A stretch of DNA of 63,986 bases, filler included, from Octopus bimaculoides (Eukaryota), in NCBI RefSeq assembly GCF_001194135.2. It is 7 parts of 6 records of this genome, joined end to end, with 100 filler letters (N's around TTAATTAATTAA, not from the genome) between each part and the next. Parts side by side here need not be neighbours in the genome. Positions count along the whole stretch, not along the records: positions 33,054 to 51,131 come from NC_069006.1; positions 51,232 to 55,970 come from NC_069008.1; 5 more parts are not named here. The stretch is one strand, 5' to 3'. The first letter of the stretch is position 1, and every line of letters starts with the position of its first letter. The position numbers and the translations under genes are program-made. The notes under the pieces are model-generated. The model searched no databases. It was not told the DNA's origin and worked only from the letters and a program-made list of their open reading frames with translations. Positions 38,116-52,991 of this stretch are shown here, piece by piece.

Positions 38116-38144
38116 TATATGTGTGTGTGTCTGTGTGTAATATA

Positions 38145-38331
38145 CAGGGTTGGCCAAAAGTCACCTGATAGTAAATCAAAACCATTTAATTTCAAGATTA
38201 AAACAAAAAAATTATTTTATATGAGACTTCGTCAATAAATAGACAAGAAAACAAATGGTGATTTTAACACACAGCATTCAATTATTAAACATTCATAATT
38301 GGAATGAATAAATAAAATTAAATATTAAGTA
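38145..38331. mobile_element. Tc1/mariner-type element end
   Basis: ta|CAGGGTTGGCCAAAAGT TIR-like start; the rest is lost in a gap. Confidence 0.5.
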
Positions 38332-38914
38332 TNNNNNNNNNNNNNNNNNNNNNNNNNNNNNNNNNNNNNNNNNNNNNNNNNNNACAGAAAAACAAAGATA
38401 GATGTATAAACAACAAGCAGGTGTATTAGTTTGACACTCAGGAAGGTGAGAAAGTCTTTTAAAGTTCAAGCCTATGCTCTTCAATAGAGAGGAACACGAG
38501 AAAATAAACACAGAGAATATATGTATATATATAAATGTATATATTTTTAACTTTAATGGTACACTGCATTCTTCCTTTTTAATACTTTCATTATGTTTTA
38601 AATATGATAAATATCTTTGTACATCCTTCTCTGAAGATATTCTCACTTGAAGTAATTAACTAAATTGATTTAGTTAAACTAAATTAAATTTGGTTGATTT
38701 TATGCAGCAAGTGATGAATTGAAACAATTGTAGGTCTGGTCTTGTCAGTGTATTAATAAACTTTTATTGATCTTATCTCCATCTTCTCTTTTGGTTATTA
38801 TAATATTAATAATAATATATATGTATGTACTTATATCGTTAAGTATTCAACCAGTTTAATATTGGGTATTTTTTATCCCTCCAAGGTTTATATACTCACC
38901 CATACATTGGTTTC

Positions 38915-39120
38915 AAATTTTGGCACAAGGCCAGTAATTTCAAGGAGGGGTTAGTTGATCACATTGACTCCAGTATTCAACAAGTACTTATTTAATCGAC
39001 CCCCAAAAGGATGAAAGGCAAAGATGATCTCAGTGGAATTTGAACTCAGAACATAAAAATGGACAAAATGCCACTAAGCATTTTTCCCAGCATGCTAATG
39101 ATTCCGTCAGCTCAATGCCT
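38915..39120 (-). mobile_element. SINE family A copy
   Basis: Family core. Confidence 0.8.
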
Positions 39121-39531
39121 TGGGTCAATATATATATTACATACAGCATACATACATATAAGTAGTTGAGCACATAAAATAAGTTAGAATTTAAGATTCA
39201 GGAAAAATTAACCACATATAAAACATTAATGGTTTATATATACCTCATTCCCTTGTGATTTATTGTTTTGGCAGGTTTATCAGATTTTCATTGATTAATG
39301 AGGTTTATCAATTTGAATATTCTTATAAGAGTTCAGAAAGGTTATTGAATTGCTTTGATGTAATTTATAACGAAGCAATTAAAGGGTGGAATGGGCTGCA
39401 ACTAAAAATTAAAATAATTCTAAAAAAAAAAATAAAATAAAAAAATAGAAAGTATTATTGCTATTTTTGAAAGCTAGGCCCAACGGGGGATTTGAATGGG
39501 ATGTTGGTCTTAAGGTGAAAGAAAAGAAATG

Positions 39532-39572
<41 letters not shown>

Positions 39573-39894
39573 TGTTGTTGTTGTTGTTGTAATGATGTTT
39601 TATAAACAAAAAGAAAGAAGCAACAAGGGAAAGTGAAGTCAATGGTAGACATTAAACAGGGTTAAGGCGTGAAAATTAGCAGATCTATCAAATTTAGATC
39701 CGAAATACTATGAGAATATAGATATATATATATATATATATATATATGTGTATGTATGTATGTATGTATGTATGTATGTATGTATGTATGCATGCATGTA
39801 TGTATGTGTATGTATATGTGTGTATATATATTTATATGCATGAACACATATATGTATATATGTGTGTGTACATATATATATATATATATAATAA

Positions 39895-40074
39895 TCATCA
39901 TCATCATCATCCTCATTTAACGTCCGCTTTCCATGCTAGCATGGGTTGGACGATTTGACTGGGGACTGGCGAACCAGATGGCTACACCAGACTCCAATCT
40001 GATCTGGCAGAGTTTCTACAGCTGGATGCCCTTCCTAACGCCAACCACTTTGAGAGTGTAGTGGGTGCTTTTTA

Positions 40075-40124
<50 letters not shown>

Positions 40125-40200
40125 TCATATATGTATCGTCATCATCCTCATTTAACGTCCACCTTCCATGCTGGCATGGAGGGAATGGTTTGCCAGGAGC
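39895..40200 (-). mobile_element. SINE family C copy plus a short extra tail
   Basis: catcatcctcatttaacgtccgctttccatgctagcatggg ... gtgggtgcttttac. Confidence 0.85.
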
Positions 40201-40566
40201 TAGCCAAGTTCCTATTTTTGATCTTCTATGTAAATGAAAATAGATATTTTGCAGAACTATCATTTTAACGAGTTGTGTCTATTTATCACTCAATGAAAAA
40301 CATCTGCACTGCTGGATGTTCTTGAACCAGTTGTTGAGTGTCTCACCCATGAGGGATCAGTACTAGATGGGTCAAAACAATTGTTGTGATTAATAATAAA
40401 TTCTCATATCTTCCATCCTTCATTTACCATATACATAGCGATCATCGTGAAAGTGAAGTGCTTTACCAGTAAACTACCAGGTGTAAACTATTCATTTCAT
40501 TATCCAATATATATATATGCTTACTTGGAAATGGATACATTGCATTCAATTAAATAATAAAAAATA

Positions 40567-40597
<31 letters not shown>

Positions 40598-40863
40598 TTA
40601 CATGGCATATCGCCCAGCATTTGAAGGGCGCTTTTTATATGCCAGTTACATGATAGTGGCATTAGCTACGACTATGATTTCACTTAGCTTGATGAGTCTT
40701 CTCAAGCACAGCATATTGTCAAAGGTCTTGGCTACGTGTCATTGCTTCTATGAGGCCCAAGGCTATAGTAAAAGACACTTGCCTGAGGTGCCATGCAGTG
40801 GGACTGAACTTAAAACCATATGGTTGGGAAGCAAGCTTCTTACCACACAGCCATGCCTGCACC

Positions 40864-40895
<32 letters not shown>

Positions 40896-40920
40896 TGTAT
40901 AGACAGACAGACAGATAGAC

Positions 40921-40979
<59 letters not shown>

Positions 40980-41049
40980 GAAAGAGAAAAACAGGTATAA
41001 AACAAATGGATGCTATTTATATAAATGCATGAATGAAGGGGTACACATG

Positions 41050-41330
41050 ACTGCATGAGCTGTCACATACAAACCTGACACATGCACGCATACACATGAC
41101 ACATGCACACAGATATATGACATATGCACACAGATATATGACATATGCACACAGATATATGACATATGCACATATATCTCTGAAACAAGCCCATATATAT
41201 ATATATTTATGACACATACATATGACACATGCACACATATATATGACACATACACACACATATGGCACATACACATGTTCATGACACAGGCACACATATA
41301 CATGACACATGCACTCGTACATATGTGCAC
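41050..41330. repeat. 21-bp minisatellite (atgcacacagatatatgacat) with degenerate flanks
   Basis: Three near-perfect units at about 41103-41170. Confidence 0.75.
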
Positions 41331-42624
41331 ATTGGTTTTTTTTTTTCCTTTTGAATTGTCAGGCATGCCAGAATGATATTGAAATTTAAATATTTTCTTA
41401 TTTAATCCTGTAATTCACATTAACTTTTAATTAATAAATTAATTAATTAATTAATTAATTAAGCAAATCATTACTTTATTCATTTATTTAATCATCATAC
41501 TTATCACTCATATTCATGTACCAACTAATAATGATGTGCATCATAAAAATAAATGAAGTGAAATTTCTAGAATATTCATGAGTTTTCACATTGGATTATT
41601 TCATGACGAAAATATTCATCTTTGTTCTTGTAGCTGTTGTTGTTGTGGCTGCTGTTTTTGTTGTTGTTGCTGTTGCTGTCATCGTTTAGCCCCAGGTCAT
41701 CCCTGATCAATCAGACTTATAATCATGGACATTCCAATAATCATTTAGTCCTGCTTGCTTCACTTTGAATAAATTATTCGAATGTGCCCTTACATTCTGA
41801 TTTTTTTATGATGGCATGGTGAGATTTGAAGGAATCTGAGTGCCACTTGGCTGCTATCTCTAGTGGTTGAAGCCAATAGCGATTTTATTGAATAAATTTG
41901 CTCTTTAGTATTTCAAGATATTTCTGTGTAATTTTGGTAAATATATCTGTTAAAATGAGATAGTCAGTGTTATTTTCATTTTTGCATAATTTAGACAATA
42001 TATTCACTGCACCCTGTATGTATATGCATATATNNNNNNNNNNNNNNNNNNNNNNNNNNNNNNNNNNNNNNNNNNNNNNNNNNNNNNNNNNNNNNNNNNN
42101 NNNNNNNNNNNNNNNNNNNNNNNNNNNNNNNNNNNNNNNNNNNNNNNNNNNNNNNNNNNNNNNNNNNNNNNNNNNNNNNNNNNNNNNNNNNNNNNNNNNN
42201 NNNNNNNNNNNNNNNNNNNNNNNNNNNNNNNNNNNNNNNNNNNNNNNNNNNNNNNNNNNNNNNNNNNNNNNNNNNNNNNNNNNNNNNNNNNNNNNNNNNN
42301 NNNNNNNNNNNNNNNNNNNNNNNNNNNNNNNNNNNNNNNNNNNNNNNNNNNNNNNNNNNNNNNNNNNNNNNNNNNNNNNNNNNNNNNNNNNNNNNNNNNN
42401 NNNNNNNNNNNNNNNNNNNNNNNNNNNNNNNNNNNNNNNNNNNNNNNNNNNNNNNNNNNNNNNNNNNNNNNNNNNNNNNNNNNNNNNNNNNNNNNNNNNN
42501 NNNNNNNNNNNNNNNNNNNNNNNNNNNNNNNNNNNNNNNNNNNNNNNNNNNNNNNNNNNNNNNNNNNNNNNNNNNNNNNNNNNNNNNNNNNNNNNNNNNN
42601 NNNNNNNNNNNNNNNNNNNNNNNN

Positions 42625-42664
<40 letters not shown>

Positions 42665-44609
42665 CATGTATGTTCATGTATATATATATGTATATACATA
42701 TGTATATATATGTGTATGTACATGTATGTACACACACACACATATATATATATAGGGGTATACAGATACATACACACACAAACACACTCTAGTTATTATC
42801 TTGTCGTTTTCTTCTCAATTATGGAAGCACAGACATTTTCTACACATCATACAAATAAAATTCTTGCTACTCCAGCCCCACATCACACAAAAAAATATAA
42901 CATATACTAAGCAATTGTATAAAAAAATAAACTAAGAGTATAAAATAAAAATAAATGACAATTTTATGAGCAACTAACTTTTTGAATTAGATTTTTGTTT
43001 CAATCAGATATATTTAAGAAGAAATAAATTTGTAAAATAAGTAAAAAAAAATACCAAATTTAAAAAATTATAAATGAATTTTTAAAAATTGAAAAGAAGT
43101 TTTTTTTTAAATTACAAAAAAAATTGAAAGAAAAAATTACAAAAAAAATTGTTAAAAAAAATTTTAATAATAAATTTTAAAAAATGAATATAAAATAAAT
43201 TTTAAAAAATAAAGAGAAAATATATTTAAGACACTAAATTTTTTTAAAATAAGTTAAAATAAAATTCAAAAGTAAATTATAAGAAAATAAATTTAAAATA
43301 AAACTCTAAAATTTTTGTGAAGAAAATGATTTAATTTTTTTTTTTAAATTACCCCTCTCCAAATTTGAATTTAAAAAATCTGTAAAAAATTCATATATAA
43401 AAGCGTTATTAAACCATCATTATAATCATATTATCATCATTATGTTTTAACATCCCCTTAGCTTGTATGATTTGTACAGAATTTGTTGAGGTGTGATGGT
43501 TAAGAAGTAAAGAAGTTTGCTTCCCTGTGTAGTTCAGTCTCAGTTAGTGCCACTGACCCTTTGGCTGCTATTTCTAGCTGGTCAAGCAACTACATAGACG
43601 CTTGGAGGCCCTTTGCAGTACTGGGCGATGGTGGTGTGGGTAGTGTTAGACTGGGTGATAGACTAAGTCTATGACCCCAAGATTTCAAGGAAGGTTGCTT
43701 ACGAATATATCAAGAAGAGAAAGAAGAACAAGTACACCACTAAGAATAATAACAACAACAACAACAACCACGACCATAACAACAAGAAACAATAACACGA
43801 AGAAGGAAGAATGAGAAGACAATAATATTTAGTAAGGAATTGGAATGATGGAGTTGGAGGAGTTGGACAAAAAAAAAAATACAAAATTGCAAATAACCCA
43901 CAAAAAACACAACAAAAAAAAAACACGCTATGTAATGTCAGGAAGAAAGGGATGCTAAGATAGTGCAATATGGGTAATTGTTGGGCTAGGGGTGGTTGGG
44001 TAGTAATTAAATAATGTCCTTTTCTCTCAGAGTGGCGGAAGGGGTGGGTAGGTGGTAATTAAATAATGTTTTGTTTTTTTTTCTCCTTAAGTAACGAGGG
44101 TGGGTTGCTTATTGTTTTTTTTTTCCTTCCGCTGTTTTTCCGCTGCAATTTGTTTATCTCTGACGGTTGTTAGATTAAGATTAAGATGGACTGTATGTTA
44201 TTTTGTTTCCAATGAAATTATTACATCTGTCGTTATTGTTATCTCGTTATTGTTTTAATGGTTGTAAATAAACAATTAATAAATGTATACTTCAGGGGCT
44301 ACTTTAGATGATGGCCTGATAATATTTTTAGCATCCACAGGGTAAATAGTCGGTGGCCAGGCCTACTTGTCCACCCACCACCCCTAACTAAGGTTGGCGC
44401 CATTGGCACTATCTTTTATCTGCTGTCTTTGACAACTGATGTTGGTGTATTTATGTCTCCATAACTTAGTGGCTCAGCCGAAGAGAGCAACAGAATAAGT
44501 ACCAGACTTTGAAAATAAGTTTTGGGATCAATTCATGCAACTAGAATTCCTCAAGGTGGTGCCCCAGTATGGCCACAATCTAATGAATGAAACAAATAAA
44601 ATATATATA

Positions 44610-44822
44610 CAGGGTGGCCCAAAATTAGGTTTATAGTTATCATGTAGGCACTTTAAATTTCTTTTAAAACATTTTATTACATTTAAATTTCTATCTTACA
44701 ATTAACTAAATTAGCATAGAATAATAGTTTCATATTTTTTTTATAATTAAGCTCTAAACTGTTAATATATGAATGCGAAAGAGATAGTTGAATCACTGTA
44801 AACTTTCTTTTGGGCCACCCAG
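44610..44822. mobile_element. Complete Tc1/mariner-family MITE, 213 bp
   Basis: TA|CAGGGTGGCCCAAAA ... TTTTGGGCCACCCAG|TA: 15-bp TIR with one mismatch and TA flanks. Confidence 0.85.
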
Positions 44823-45390
44823 TATATTCAGCTGTAATACCAGTAGAGGTGATTATAAGACTAGAATTCAATTCGATTTAGAAAGAGGACAGAAACACAC
44901 ACACATATACACACACGCGCATGCACACACACATGCGCATGCACACACACACACATATGTATATATACAAAAGGCTTCTTTCAGTTTCTATAAATCAAAC
45001 CCTCTCACAAAGCATTGGTTGACCCACAGCTATAGTAGAAACTAGGAATCTCTTGTCCAAAGGTGCCATGCAGAGGGACTGTACCATGCAGAGAGACTGT
45101 ATATAAATGTGACACTGTATATGTATATCAGGGTATATAGGATTTTTATGAACAAACATACATGTATGTATGCCACTTATGTCTTTGCATCATTCATAGA
45201 TTGTATCTATTTACACATTTCTCTAATTTAATAGATTCTTTCATTATTGAATTAATTAGGTATCCATTTTCTGCATATTATTCCATTTATTGATTCATTT
45301 ATCCATCTGTTTATTTATCTATTTATCTATTTACTTATTCGTTTGTTTGTTATAGCAGTATGTGTGCGTGTATATGTCAATATTGTTATA

Positions 45391-45990
45391 CAGGGTGGGT
45401 GAAAAGTAAGTAGGCATTAAGAATTGGTAATAAAATCCATTTTCGTTTTACAAATTTGTTGAGACAAATGATATGTGTTCTTTATTACATGAGAAAATGA
45501 AAGTAAATCTTCATATTTCAACGTAAGCACCAGCAGCATCAACCAGTTTCCTCAACCGGTCAGAGATGGAATGGACAACCTTCTGAAGGACATCATATGG
45601 GATATCACTGAGAACCTTCTGAATCTGTGTCTCCAAAATCCTCCAGTGTGTGAGGTTTTGTCTTGTATACCTCCTCTTTTGTGTAACCCCACAGGTAAAA
45701 ATCACAAGGAGTGAGATCTGGACTTCTTGGAATTCTGGACTTCTTGGACTTCTGCAGTCACAGTCCTCAGGTTTTAGCACCTGCATGTAATGGGGTTTCC
45801 ATGGATGAAAATTCAATTCTTTATGCAACACCGAACGTATTGTGTATCTTGTTAGTCCACTTTTACAAGCTGCTTGATATGTAGATTTTTGTGGGCTGCG
45901 ATTAAGCATTTTCTGATTTAAATGCTGAAGTGAAACTAACGGCTTTTATGTGTTCTTCAATGAAGCTATAAGGTGTTACTCAAACACTCA
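45391..45990 (-). mobile_element. Internally deleted Tc1/mariner transposase relic
   Basis: ta|CAGGGTG TIR. The ORF RSPQKSTYQAACKSGLTRYTIRSVLHKELNFHPWKPHYMQVLKPED joins directly to the SPRSP..D/CDFYLWG region and QIQKVLSDIPYDVLQKVVHSISDRLRKLVDAAGAYVE. Confidence 0.85.
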
Positions 45991-46307
45991 CATCTGATAG
46001 CAGAAACACTTGTAAGCCAATGAAGTTCATAAGATAATAGTTTATTCCTTTATCATCTCATTTTCTGTATATATATATATATACAGTCTCACACATACAC
46101 ACACACACACATGCACACACGTATGTAGGCATACATGCATATGTGTGTGTATGTGCATTCTCCCACTATATGAAGTCATGGTTGAGTGCCAACACATGCC
46201 ATCTATATTTAATTATTTAGTTGTTAGGAAAACATTGCTACTTGTCCATCTCCTTCTACTTCTACTTTTTCTCATTTACATACATGCATACTTATACATA
46301 CTTACAT

Positions 46308-46360
<53 letters not shown>

Positions 46361-46408
46361 CAGTGTATATACAGATAGATATAGAAATATATACGTACAT
46401 AGATATAT

Positions 46409-46463
<55 letters not shown>

Positions 46464-46478
46464 GATAGATAGATAGAC

Positions 46479-46520
<42 letters not shown>

Positions 46521-46538
46521 GTAGATAGATAAATAGAG

Positions 46539-46573
<35 letters not shown>

Positions 46574-46687
46574 TAGATACATACATACACATAGTAATAT
46601 AGTATAGATATATATGTATACATTTATATATATATAGATTTATATAGATATATATACATAAACATATGTGTGTGTGTGTGTATAAAT

Positions 46688-46722
<35 letters not shown>

Positions 46723-46738
46723 CATAGAGAGAGAGATG

Positions 46739-46770
<32 letters not shown>

Positions 46771-48639
46771 AGTGAGTTTATTTCATTGTATTTATTTGTC
46801 TATTTCTCTTTCTATTTATTGTTATATATATATATATAAACATATGTATATACATAATATATATTTCTTTGCTTTTATAGCTATCGACAGGAAGTTAAAA
46901 TAATAGATTCCCTATGTCCATATTTCTTTGATGCCAGCCTTTTCAAAATCAAAACATTTTAGCTTCATTTTCGTGATGGTTTTCTATCATTGAACTGATG
47001 GTGCTAAGGGGGCAGGAAATCATTACCGTTTCACAGTGATATATTCCAATCTGACATTGTAGATTTATTTATTTTCATTGGTTGTTTACCTTAATGTGTA
47101 TAAATGTTTATATATATGTATATATATGTGTGTGCGCGTGTGTGTGTGCCTATGGATGTGTATGTGCGTTTTGTTAGTTTTTGTATTGTTTGTATGTATT
47201 ATTGGTCGCTAATGTTTTTTTATTGTTATTGTTGTTACTGTTGTTGTTTTTGGGGNNNNNNNNNNNNNNNNNNNNNNNNNNNNNNNNNNNNNNNNNNNNN
47301 NNNNNNNNNNNNNNNNNNNNNNNNNNNNNNNNNNNNNNNNNNNNNNNNNNNNNNNNNNNNNNNNNNNNNNNNNNNNNNNNNNNNNNNNNNNNNNNNNNNN
47401 NNNNNNNNNNNNNNNNNNNNNNNNNNNNNNNNNNNNNNNNNNNNNNNNNNNNNNNNNNNNNNNNNNNNNNNNNNNNNNNNNNNNNNNNNNNNNNNNNNNN
47501 NNNNNNNNNNNNNNNNNNNNNNNNNNNNNNNNNNNNNNNNNNNNNNNNNNNNNNNNNNNNNNNNNNNNNNNNNNNNNNNNNNNNNNNNNNNNNNNNNNNN
47601 NNNNNNNNNNNNNNNNNNNNNNNNNNNNNNNNNNNNNNNNNNNNNNNNNNNNNNNNNNNNNNNNNNNNNNNNNNNNNNNNNNNNNNNNNNNNNNNNNNNN
47701 NNNNNNNNNNNNNNNNNNNNNNNNNNNNNNNNNNNNNNNNNNNNNNNNNNNNNNNNNNNNNNNNNNNNNNNNNNNNNNNNNNNNNNNNNNNNNNNNNNNN
47801 NNNNNNNNNNNNNNNNNNNNNNNNNNNNNNNNNNNNNNNNNNNNNNNNNNNNNNNNNNNNNNNNNNNNNNNNNNNNNNNNNNNNNNNNNNNNNNNNNNNN
47901 NNNNNNNNNNNNNNNNNNNNNNNNNNNNNNNNNNNNNNNNNNNNNNNNNNNNNNNNNNNNNNNNNNNNNNNNNNNNNNNNNNNNNNNNNNNNNNNNNNNN
48001 NNNNNNNNNNNNNNNNNNNNNNNNNNNNNNNNNNNNNNNNNNNNNNNNNNNNNNNNNNNNNNNNNNNNNNNNNNNNNNNNNNNNNNNNNNNNNNNNNNNN
48101 NNNNNNNNNNNNNNNNNNNNNNNNNNNNNNNNNNNNNNNNNNNNNNNNNNNNNNNNNNNNNNNNNNNNNNNNNNNNNNNNNNNNNNNNNNNNNNNNNNNN
48201 NNNNNNNNNNNNNNNNNNNNNNNNNTATATATATAAGTTTATTGTGGAAGGATCTGATTGAATTTTCTAGTCTATTTCTTCTGATAATTCTGTGTTTGAT
48301 CACAATTTATTTTGATGTAATGTTAACTTTCAGCTGTGATATTTTTCACAAAGGATATGTTTTATGCTATTGTCTTTGTGTGAATGAAGTACATGGATCA
48401 GTGCACAGAGACACACAGCTGTACACACACTCTCTTTCTCTCACACACAAACACTTGTTCAAATATACACACATGTGAAACATGTTGTTGTGATGGTGGG
48501 TGAGTTGAGAAATCTGAAATGCAATGGGATGAAATGAAACATAGTGAAGCTACATGGTCAACAGGAAATTTATATATGTATGTATGAAGTATATATATAT
48601 TATAATATGCAGACATTCATACATTATATATAATTATAT

Positions 48640-49030
48640 ATATTCTTTTATTTGTTTCAGTCATTTTACTGTGACCATACTGGAGCACCGCCTTTTAGTT
48701 GAAGCAATTGACCCCAGGACTTATCCTTTGTAAGCCTGGTACTTATTCTATTGCTCTCTTTGGCCAAACCACTAAGTTACAAGGACGTAAACACACAAAT
48801 ATTGGTTGTCAAGCGATGGGGGGGGGGGCAATCACAGACACAAAGACACACACATAAATATATACATATACAACAGGCTTCTTTCAGTTTCCGTCTACCA
48901 AATCCACTAACAAGGATTTGATCAGCCTGAGGCTATAGCTGAAGACATTTGCCCAAGGTACCACACAGTGGGATCAAACCGGGAACCATGTAGTTGGGAA
49001 AGAAACTTCTTACCACGGAGCCTTGCCTTA
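48640..49030 (-). mobile_element. SINE family B, full length
   Basis: Family motifs. Confidence 0.85.
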
Positions 49031-49518
49031 TTTGGTATTTTTAAACACTATATTTTAAAAGGGATTTCTCCAGGATGAAAAATCACAGCTTCTGGTATTT
49101 AAACAACACAGCTCAAATATATCTGAGAAATATTTGAACCTGTGGAAAGCATTTCAGTGCAGCTTCTCACCATTTTGTCTTAAACAAGAATTTTTTTTAT
49201 CTCCATGGCAAACTGCAGAAATAAACCTTTTTACAGGTTCAAATTTGTCTCAAAGATATTTGAATGGGTAACGAGTTTGTTTGCTTTCAGTTACAGCTTC
49301 ACGAATCTACTCACGAACTGTATTACAAATATTATTGCTTTTTTTTATCTGAACATATTATATTAGAGATATTTTAGATATTATCTTACATAATTTCATT
49401 TTATTATATTAAAATTATGAAAATTTGCATTGTCAATTTGCAGAAATATTTTTTTATTTTTTATAATATCATGTTGGTTACTTAGCATGTGATTATTTAC
49501 TTGTTTACTTCCTTCTTA

Positions 49519-49585
<67 letters not shown>

Positions 49586-50427
49586 TGATGATTATGATAA
49601 TAATTGCAATAATAATAATAATAATAATAATAATGATAAATATAATGATAATAATATGTTATCCTGTTGCACTTGTACACATTTTTACTTTTACATCTAA
49701 GTTCTAATTAAACCACTTTCAAAGTTAGTGTGATATTTATATCTTTTTTTGTATTTTTATCATATATTTTTTTTTTTTCATCATCTTTACTTGTTTGACA
49801 ATTCTCTGTATGAAGAAACTATTTCACGGAAAGTTATAATTATTTTCTGATTGTTTTTTAATTCATTTTAGTCATTTTGTTAAAATTTTCAAGTTATCAA
49901 TCAACTTTAGTTTGCCACATTTCAACACGTTTGTGAACGTTACTTGAAATTTTCTTTAACTTGCTTTGTCTTGCCTTTCTTTCCTTTTGTATTTTTATCC
50001 CCAACACAAATGCAGTCAAAATTACTGTGATACACAGTTTGGCTTTTAACCCCAACTTCTTTCTTCACAGCATTACAATAATTTGATATTTTATTACCCT
50101 TAATCCATGTGGTTCTTAAAATCTTTTATCTATCTATCTATATATATATATANNNNNNNNNNNNNNNNNNNNNNNNNNNNNNNNNNNNNNNNNNNNNNNN
50201 NNNNNNNNNNNNNNNNNNNNNNNNNNNNNNNNNNNNNNNNNNNNNNNNNNNNNNNNNNNNNNNNNNNNNNNNNNNNNNNNNNNNNNNNNNNNNNNNNNNN
50301 NNNNNNNNNNNNNNNNNNNNNNNNNNNNNNNNNNNNNNNNNNNNNNNNNNNNNNNNNNNNNNNNNNNNNNNNCTGGTATTTGAGTACTCTTTTTTCCACC
50401 TTGTTGCACATTTCATGTGCTTACTCG

Positions 50428-50487
<60 letters not shown>

Positions 50488-51099
50488 TATAAAGACAACC
50501 ATGAGTTTACCTGTCAAAGTATGTAAAATTGTGGCAGTCCTTGCATACAGGTATGTCCCCTGCATCCCTCTTCAGCTGAGCAATACTAATCTTGCAGGCT
50601 CATGGAAGCTGGTGTTACATAAAAAGCACCCATGCTTTTTGAGTGTACTCATAAAAGGCCCCTATGCTATTTCTTCTGGCTACCTCTTATTATTCCCATC
50701 TTCCAGAGTAATTTTATGGGATAGTTATTAGTCTGGTATTGCTATAGTGAAGGATAAATATAGTAATAATGAGAACTTTTGAGTGGAAATTCATAAATAC
50801 TTTAATACATTGCTACATACGTTTCCAAAAACCACATGTGTCGTGTGGCTGCATTCCCCTTCCATAGGATTTTACAACTATGATTTGCAATATCCATGGA
50901 TTTTAAGGGGGGGGGGGGTCATTATTACATGTGTTCATTTCTCTAGACCAAAACTGCACTAGTGATCTGGTTGTATCGAACTGGCGAGTCAGACTGAGGA
51001 CTGGTGCAGCCATCTGGTTCAACCCATGCTAGCATGGAAAGCGGACGTTAAATGATAATGATGATGATGATATAGATAGATACATACATATATATATGG

Positions 51100-51131
<32 letters not shown>

Positions 51132-51341
51132 NNNNNNNNNNNNNNNNNNNNNNNNNNNNNNNNNNNNNNNNNNNNTTAATTAATTAANNNNNNNNNNNNN
51201 NNNNNNNNNNNNNNNNNNNNNNNNNNNNNNNAGCTGTACGTATACTTGTGGATATTACTGTTAACAGCGGGCAGTCTAGACATCAGTGAACTCCCTTCTG
51301 AATTAAGTGTGTAATAGAGAGGTGCTACCCTCTGTCTACAG

Positions 51342-51428
51342 CAGTGCAAATCTCTGGATATTACAAGCCTTTGAGAACAGACTGGACATAATAGATAGGA
51401 GCTGCTCTCTCTCACTGCTCGAACAAAA
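51342..51428 (+). other. Candidate upstream (5'UTR or coding) exon of the PAN-domain gene
   Basis: CTACAG| acceptor and AA|GTAAGT donor. The open frame SANLWILQAFENRLDIIDRSCSLSLLEQ splices in frame (AA|A ATG) to 52991. Confidence 0.35.
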
Positions 51429-51987
51429 GTAAGTTTTGTTTCGAAATTTTCTTCATGTTTTGTGTGTGTGTCTGTGTGTGTAACTGCGTGTGCAAGAGAT
51501 GGAGTATGAGACACTTTAGGAGAGCCGTTTTGGCGCCGCCTATTCGACGTTGACTTATTTGATATCAGACGTTTTAATGTTTTCCCCTTTCTCTCCTTCC
51601 TTCTACCCATCTCATTCTCTCTATTTCTCCATTCTCTCCTCTATCTCTCTTCGTTTATGTGTGTGTGTTTATTTTCCTTGATGTCTATGAAGAGAAAGTG
51701 AAGGTCCGTGGCCCAGTGGTTAGACGGATTGCGCTCATAATCGCAAGATCGTACTTTCGCTTCCCGTATTGTGAACTTATAACCGTGTGATGGACTGGTG
51801 TCGCATTCAGGATCACAATTTAGTGCTCTTAGCCTCTTATACCCCATGGAATCCAAGTAACCTGCTTTAAGAGGTTGAGTCCAGGGACTTAACAGAATAA
51901 TTGTCCAGAGTATGAGGTAAGAGAAAGTGTTTTTTGTCAATTGCAGCCAATTGATTAATTGTGAAGTTTTGCTCTCTCGCTCCCTCC

Positions 51988-52061
<74 letters not shown>

Positions 52062-52232
52062 CTGTCTGTTTTTCTGTGTGAATATATTTCTCTTTGTGTG
52101 TATGAGGAGAGGGCATATGTTCAGATAAATGATGTTGAATCAAAAAATTATATTCTCTCTGTTCCTCTCTCTCTCTCTTTTTCTCTTCGTTTATGTGTAA
52201 GAATATATTTCTGTTTATGTTCACTGTACTGG

Positions 52233-52490
52233 ATCTCCGTCATTTACGACGATGAAGTTTCCAGTTGATCCGATCAACGGGAGCAGACTGCACGTGAAAT
52301 GAACGTACAACTGGCTGAACATTCCACAGACATGCATACCTTTAAGTTAGTATTCAACAAGTTTCAGCGTGACAGAGAAACATGAAATAAAGTGTCTTGC
52401 TCAAGGACAAGACGCGCCGCCATGAATCGATCTCCCGATCTTACAATCATGCTCCGATTATTGTACCCACTAAACCACGCGTCTTCCCAA
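52233..52490 (-). mobile_element. SINE family E/CORE-like copy, diverged
   Basis: ccagttgatccgatcaacggg..cacgtgaaat is the reverse complement of 15690-15740; gtgtcttgctcaagga is CORE-like. Confidence 0.7.
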
Positions 52491-52991
52491 AAGGATTGCA
52501 CCTAGAAAGTTACCCTCCGAGTTACAAGTCCGATCAAGTCTGTTTACGGAAGACTAGCAGTCGCCCATGCATTCCAGTCTTCCCTCTCCACACCCGATGT
52601 TATCCAAGGGAAAAAAGCAAAGGCCGATACAGCTTGGCACCAGTGACGTCGCAATTCAGTTCCACAGCTCAGTGAATTGAAGTAATGTGCAAAAAAAGCG
52701 TCTCTCTCCCTGTTTATTTGTGTGAGCATATTTCTTTCTGTACGTATGAGGTGAGGGGAAGTGTTTATGTGAATCGTGTTCAATTAGAACTTGTAACATC
52801 AATCTCTCACACTCTCTATCCTCTCTCTTTCTCCATCTGCCCTCCCTCTTCGCCTCTCCATCTTCTCCTCCTCTCTTCCCTCTTTCCATCCTTTTGCCCC
52901 TCTCCCTCTCTATCTTCGCTCCCTCTCCATCTTCTCTCCCTCACTTTCTCTTTCTCCCTCTCTCTCTCTCTATGTTAATTCTACCACTAGA

